DNA of 64,000 nt from an uncultured bacterium. Its GTDB lineage: Bacteria; Verrucomicrobiota; Verrucomicrobiia; Limisphaerales; UBA8199. The position numbers and the translations under genes are program-made. Where the stretch lies: positions 832,001 to 896,000 of the forward strand of contig CAVVMW010000006.1 in NCBI GenBank assembly GCA_963749495.1, in the 5' to 3' direction. This document shows, one piece after another, positions 61,851 to 64,000 of the stretch; position 1 is the first letter of the stretch, and each line of letters opens with the position of its first letter. Below the pieces are notes generated by a model, which saw nothing but the letters and a program-made list of their open reading frames with translations, had not been told where the DNA came from and searched no databases.

Positions 61851-63122
61851 TCATAAGTTCCTCAGTCGGTAGAAGCGGCAGCGCCCAGGGGCGTGGACGA
61901 TCACCTGCTGTTGGAGGCAGGCGGAATTCAAGACGGGTTGCGCCGACACATCCGTCCAATTTGGATCGCTCAGATTGGCGCTCTGCTGGAGGACAAACGG
62001 CATCAACGGCACGGTCCAAGAGAGGAGAAGATCGCTTCCAGACCGGGTCGCGCTCAGGACAGGTTTGGGGATCGTCTGAGAGGTGTAGATACTCCCCCCG
62101 CTCTCGGCAGCCACCAGCCTGCACCCGTCCGCGGAAGAGGCAACGGAGACCCACGCCAGGTTTGGCGCACTGTTTGAGACCCAGCTCGCTCCTGCATCGG
62201 CCGAGCTATAGATAGAGGGAGTATATGGAGAGGGAGAAGCGACCGCCACCAGTCTGAAGCCGTCTGCGGAGGAGGCAACGCCCCGCCAATAGTTGCTCGG
62301 CGCGCTGGTCATCGTCCAGGTGCAGCCGGAATCCTTGGAGACATAAATGACCCCGGGGGAGCCGCCTAACATGATGTCCCAGTCCCAGGGACCATAGGTT
62401 GCCGCCACCAACTTGGTCCCATCCCACGAGCTGGCCGCGGACCACCACGTGGTGTTGGTGGGGGAAAACAAGGCCCAGGTGGCGCCCCCGTTCGTGGAAG
62501 CAGCCAGCGTGGTCCCGGCCGCTACGAGGGTGGACCCGTCGGCTGACCATACGCAGTCACGCCCGTTCGTCACCGGCGCTGCAGCCCAGCCCATACCCGA
62601 GTTCGTCGAGGTCCAAACGCCCCAGTAACTGCCTTCGTCCGAGACCGCCGCCAATTTGGTCCCATCTCCCGAAGCGGCCAAAGACTCCCAGTACCCGGTA
62701 AACGGGTCCGTGCTGGTCCACGTGCCACCCGCATCGGTCGAAATGAAGATTGGGACGGCGAACTTTCTATCCCCAGGAATCCAACCCGCTGCGAAGATGC
62801 TGGCTCCGTCTGCCGACAGGGCGACGTAACTCCAGTTCAAAAAGGCTAACGACCCGTCTGGGACGTTCCTTGGCGGCATGGAGGTCCAAGTGGCTCCTGA
62901 GTTCGTTGAGCTGAAAACGGACCCAGGAAAGCAAGTGCCCCACTCGCTGCTCAGGCCAAACGCGGATGCCACGAAGCGGCTGCCGTCCGCTGAACACGCG
63001 ATGGAAGTCCAATTCGTCAGGGGGGCTTGCGTCAGCGTCCAAATTTGGGCGAAGGCCAGATGGGCCGAAACAAACAGACCACCGACCGCAGCCGCGGCCG
63101 GCAGCAGGCATTTTGCTTTCAT
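61851..63122 (-). CDS. Secreted BNR/sialidase-like beta-propeller protein with C-terminal FYR domain
   Basis: Repeats W.S.A.S.DG.KLVA...IY.S.D.G.TW; signal peptide; ends RFYRLRNL. Confidence 0.8.
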   Translation of the reverse strand: MKAKCLLPAAAAVGGLFVSAHLAFAQIWTLTQAPLTNWTSIACSADGSRFVASAFGLSSEWGTCFPGSVFSSTNSGATWTSMPPRNVPDGSLAFLNWSYVALSADGASIFAAGWIPGDRKFAVPIFISTDAGGTWTSTDPFTGYWESLAASGDGTKLAAVSDEGSYWGVWTSTNSGMGWAAAPVTNGRDCVWSADGSTLVAAGTTLAASTNGGATWALFSPTNTTWWSAASSWDGTKLVAATYGPWDWDIMLGGSPGVIYVSKDSGCTWTMTSAPSNYWRGVASSADGFRLVAVASPSPYTPSIYSSADAGASWVSNSAPNLAWVSVASSADGCRLVAAESGGSIYTSQTIPKPVLSATRSGSDLLLSWTVPLMPFVLQQSANLSDPNWTDVSAQPVLNSACLQQQVIVHAPGRCRFYRLRNL

Positions 63123-63356
63123 AAGCTGGAACCCGAATTAGTTGGCATTTCTATCAGACGCCAGGCGACCACATTCGGGGCGGCATGCGCCGCTGCCGTG
63201 ACAAGGACCGCCAAGCCGACAAGAAACGATTTCATCTGGACCTTCGTTGCACGAGATTTATCACAGTCGGCCAATCAGTGTCCAGCAGCCATTGTCCGTG
63301 CGCCGGCCACCGGGCGCAACTGGACTCTGCCCCCCTTTGGCAGGGCGCACCAGTTC

Positions 63357-63471
63357 GTAGCGCAGGTTTCCAAACCTGCTGTATCGCCGACTTCCAGTCG
63401 GCAGGGCGCAGGAAATCGCTGCGCCTGCGGGTTGGAAACCCGCGATACAGCAGACTTGGAAGTCTGCGCTA
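63357..63471. repeat. GTAG-type REP doublet
   Basis: GTAGCGCAGGTTTCCAAACCTGCTGTATCGCC...GCGATACAGCAGACTTGGAAGTCTGCGCTAC. Confidence 0.75.
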
Positions 63472-63523
63472 CCGGGGCAGTGCCCCGATTGCGCCCCTGG
63501 CCACCGACGGCCCGGGGCTGGCA

Positions 63524-63800
63524 CTACCACGTGTTGGCCGGGTCGCCAGTGCGCTTGGTTCCGCAACGGAACATCGGCCAAGCGGTGCTGCCGGGGCCCA
63601 CGTCGCTCCAAAGGGCGTAGAGTTTTCCGTTCTCCGAGCCAACATACAGCACATTATTACCACCAATGACCGGGGAGGAAAAGACACCGCCGCCCGTGTA
63701 GTACGGCCAAGCGGTGGATTTCGATGGAGTTCCGTCCGGATTCAGTGCGTAAACTCTCCCCTCGAAAGAGCCCCGTAGATCGTGTCCACGGCGGTGGAGA
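63524..63800 (-). pseudogene. C-terminal fragment of PQQ-like beta-propeller protein
   Basis: GSFEGRVYALNPDG...W.Y.TGGGVFSSPVIG..NVLYVGSENGKLYAL...AWPMFR...RTG; no credible 5' part. Confidence 0.55.
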
Positions 63801-63866
63801 CCTCGCCGGGGACACCCATGAGCCACAATATCCCGGACAAGGGCACCACCCGGAAGCCGCTTCGCC

Positions 63867-64000
63867 CTACGGTTGGCGTGTGCGGTAGTAACGTGTTGAG
63901 TGGTTGCCGGCGTCCGCATCAATGAACTGCGCCAAGCCGTCGTCACCGGCGAGCGCCTGGCCGATCTTCAGCCAGTTCTGGGCGGACAGGCTCTCGCAGG
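63867..64000 (-). CDS. C-terminal end of a secreted protein (5' partial)
   Basis: Manual translation: CESLSAQNWLKIGQALAGDDGLAQFIDADAGNHSTRYYRTRQP*. Confidence 0.6.
   Translation of the reverse strand, partial: CESLSAQNWLKIGQALAGDDGLAQFIDADAGNHSTRYYRTRQP

Noticed and set aside
1..64000. tRNA or rRNA genes, prophage structural genes
   Set aside because: None recognised in the window.

Overview
High-GC bacterial DNA, probably Verrucomicrobiota (Pedosphaerales-like). This is inferred from gene style: EF-P with a TPGNLR loop, lamin-tail/CotH and lectin-Ig secreted proteins with a shared C-terminal 'FYR' domain, and dense palindromic repeats. Many single-base frameshifts, including one in asd, point to an uncorrected long-read assembly. 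Bases 1-8660 form the edge of a mobile or defence island. It holds an IS21-type end with a Cys-rich passenger ORF, an excisionase-like HTH, and a Zn-ribbon/HEPN (RxxxxH) protein. It also has a compact higB - higA/IrrE - DruA-like (DUF4338) - nurA operon, cut off right after nurA by a DUF4338-ISAs1 element that lacks a target duplication. The rest is mostly core and accessory genes: sufD-U-T-S, asd, dacB, rsmD, a Tat oxidoreductase, an unknown 801-aa protein, wza/wzc, tgt, an MBL hydrolase, efp, a Dps-like ferritin, an IS4 inserted in a REP, three large secreted proteins, an mdtABC-OMF efflux operon, PIN toxin-antitoxin pairs and Uma2. The best candidates for something new are five: (i) the TA-led DruA-NurA/HEPN putative defence locus; (ii) an unannotated, highly structured ~110-nt RNA with a possible double pseudoknot upstream of efp; (iii) REP/MITE elements sitting in frame in the N-termini of secreted proteins; (iv) a shared C-terminal sorting-like domain on six ORFs; and (v) a diverged duplication of the mdtC 5' end flanking a TA relic. 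All family assignments come from motif recognition by eye; no searches were run.
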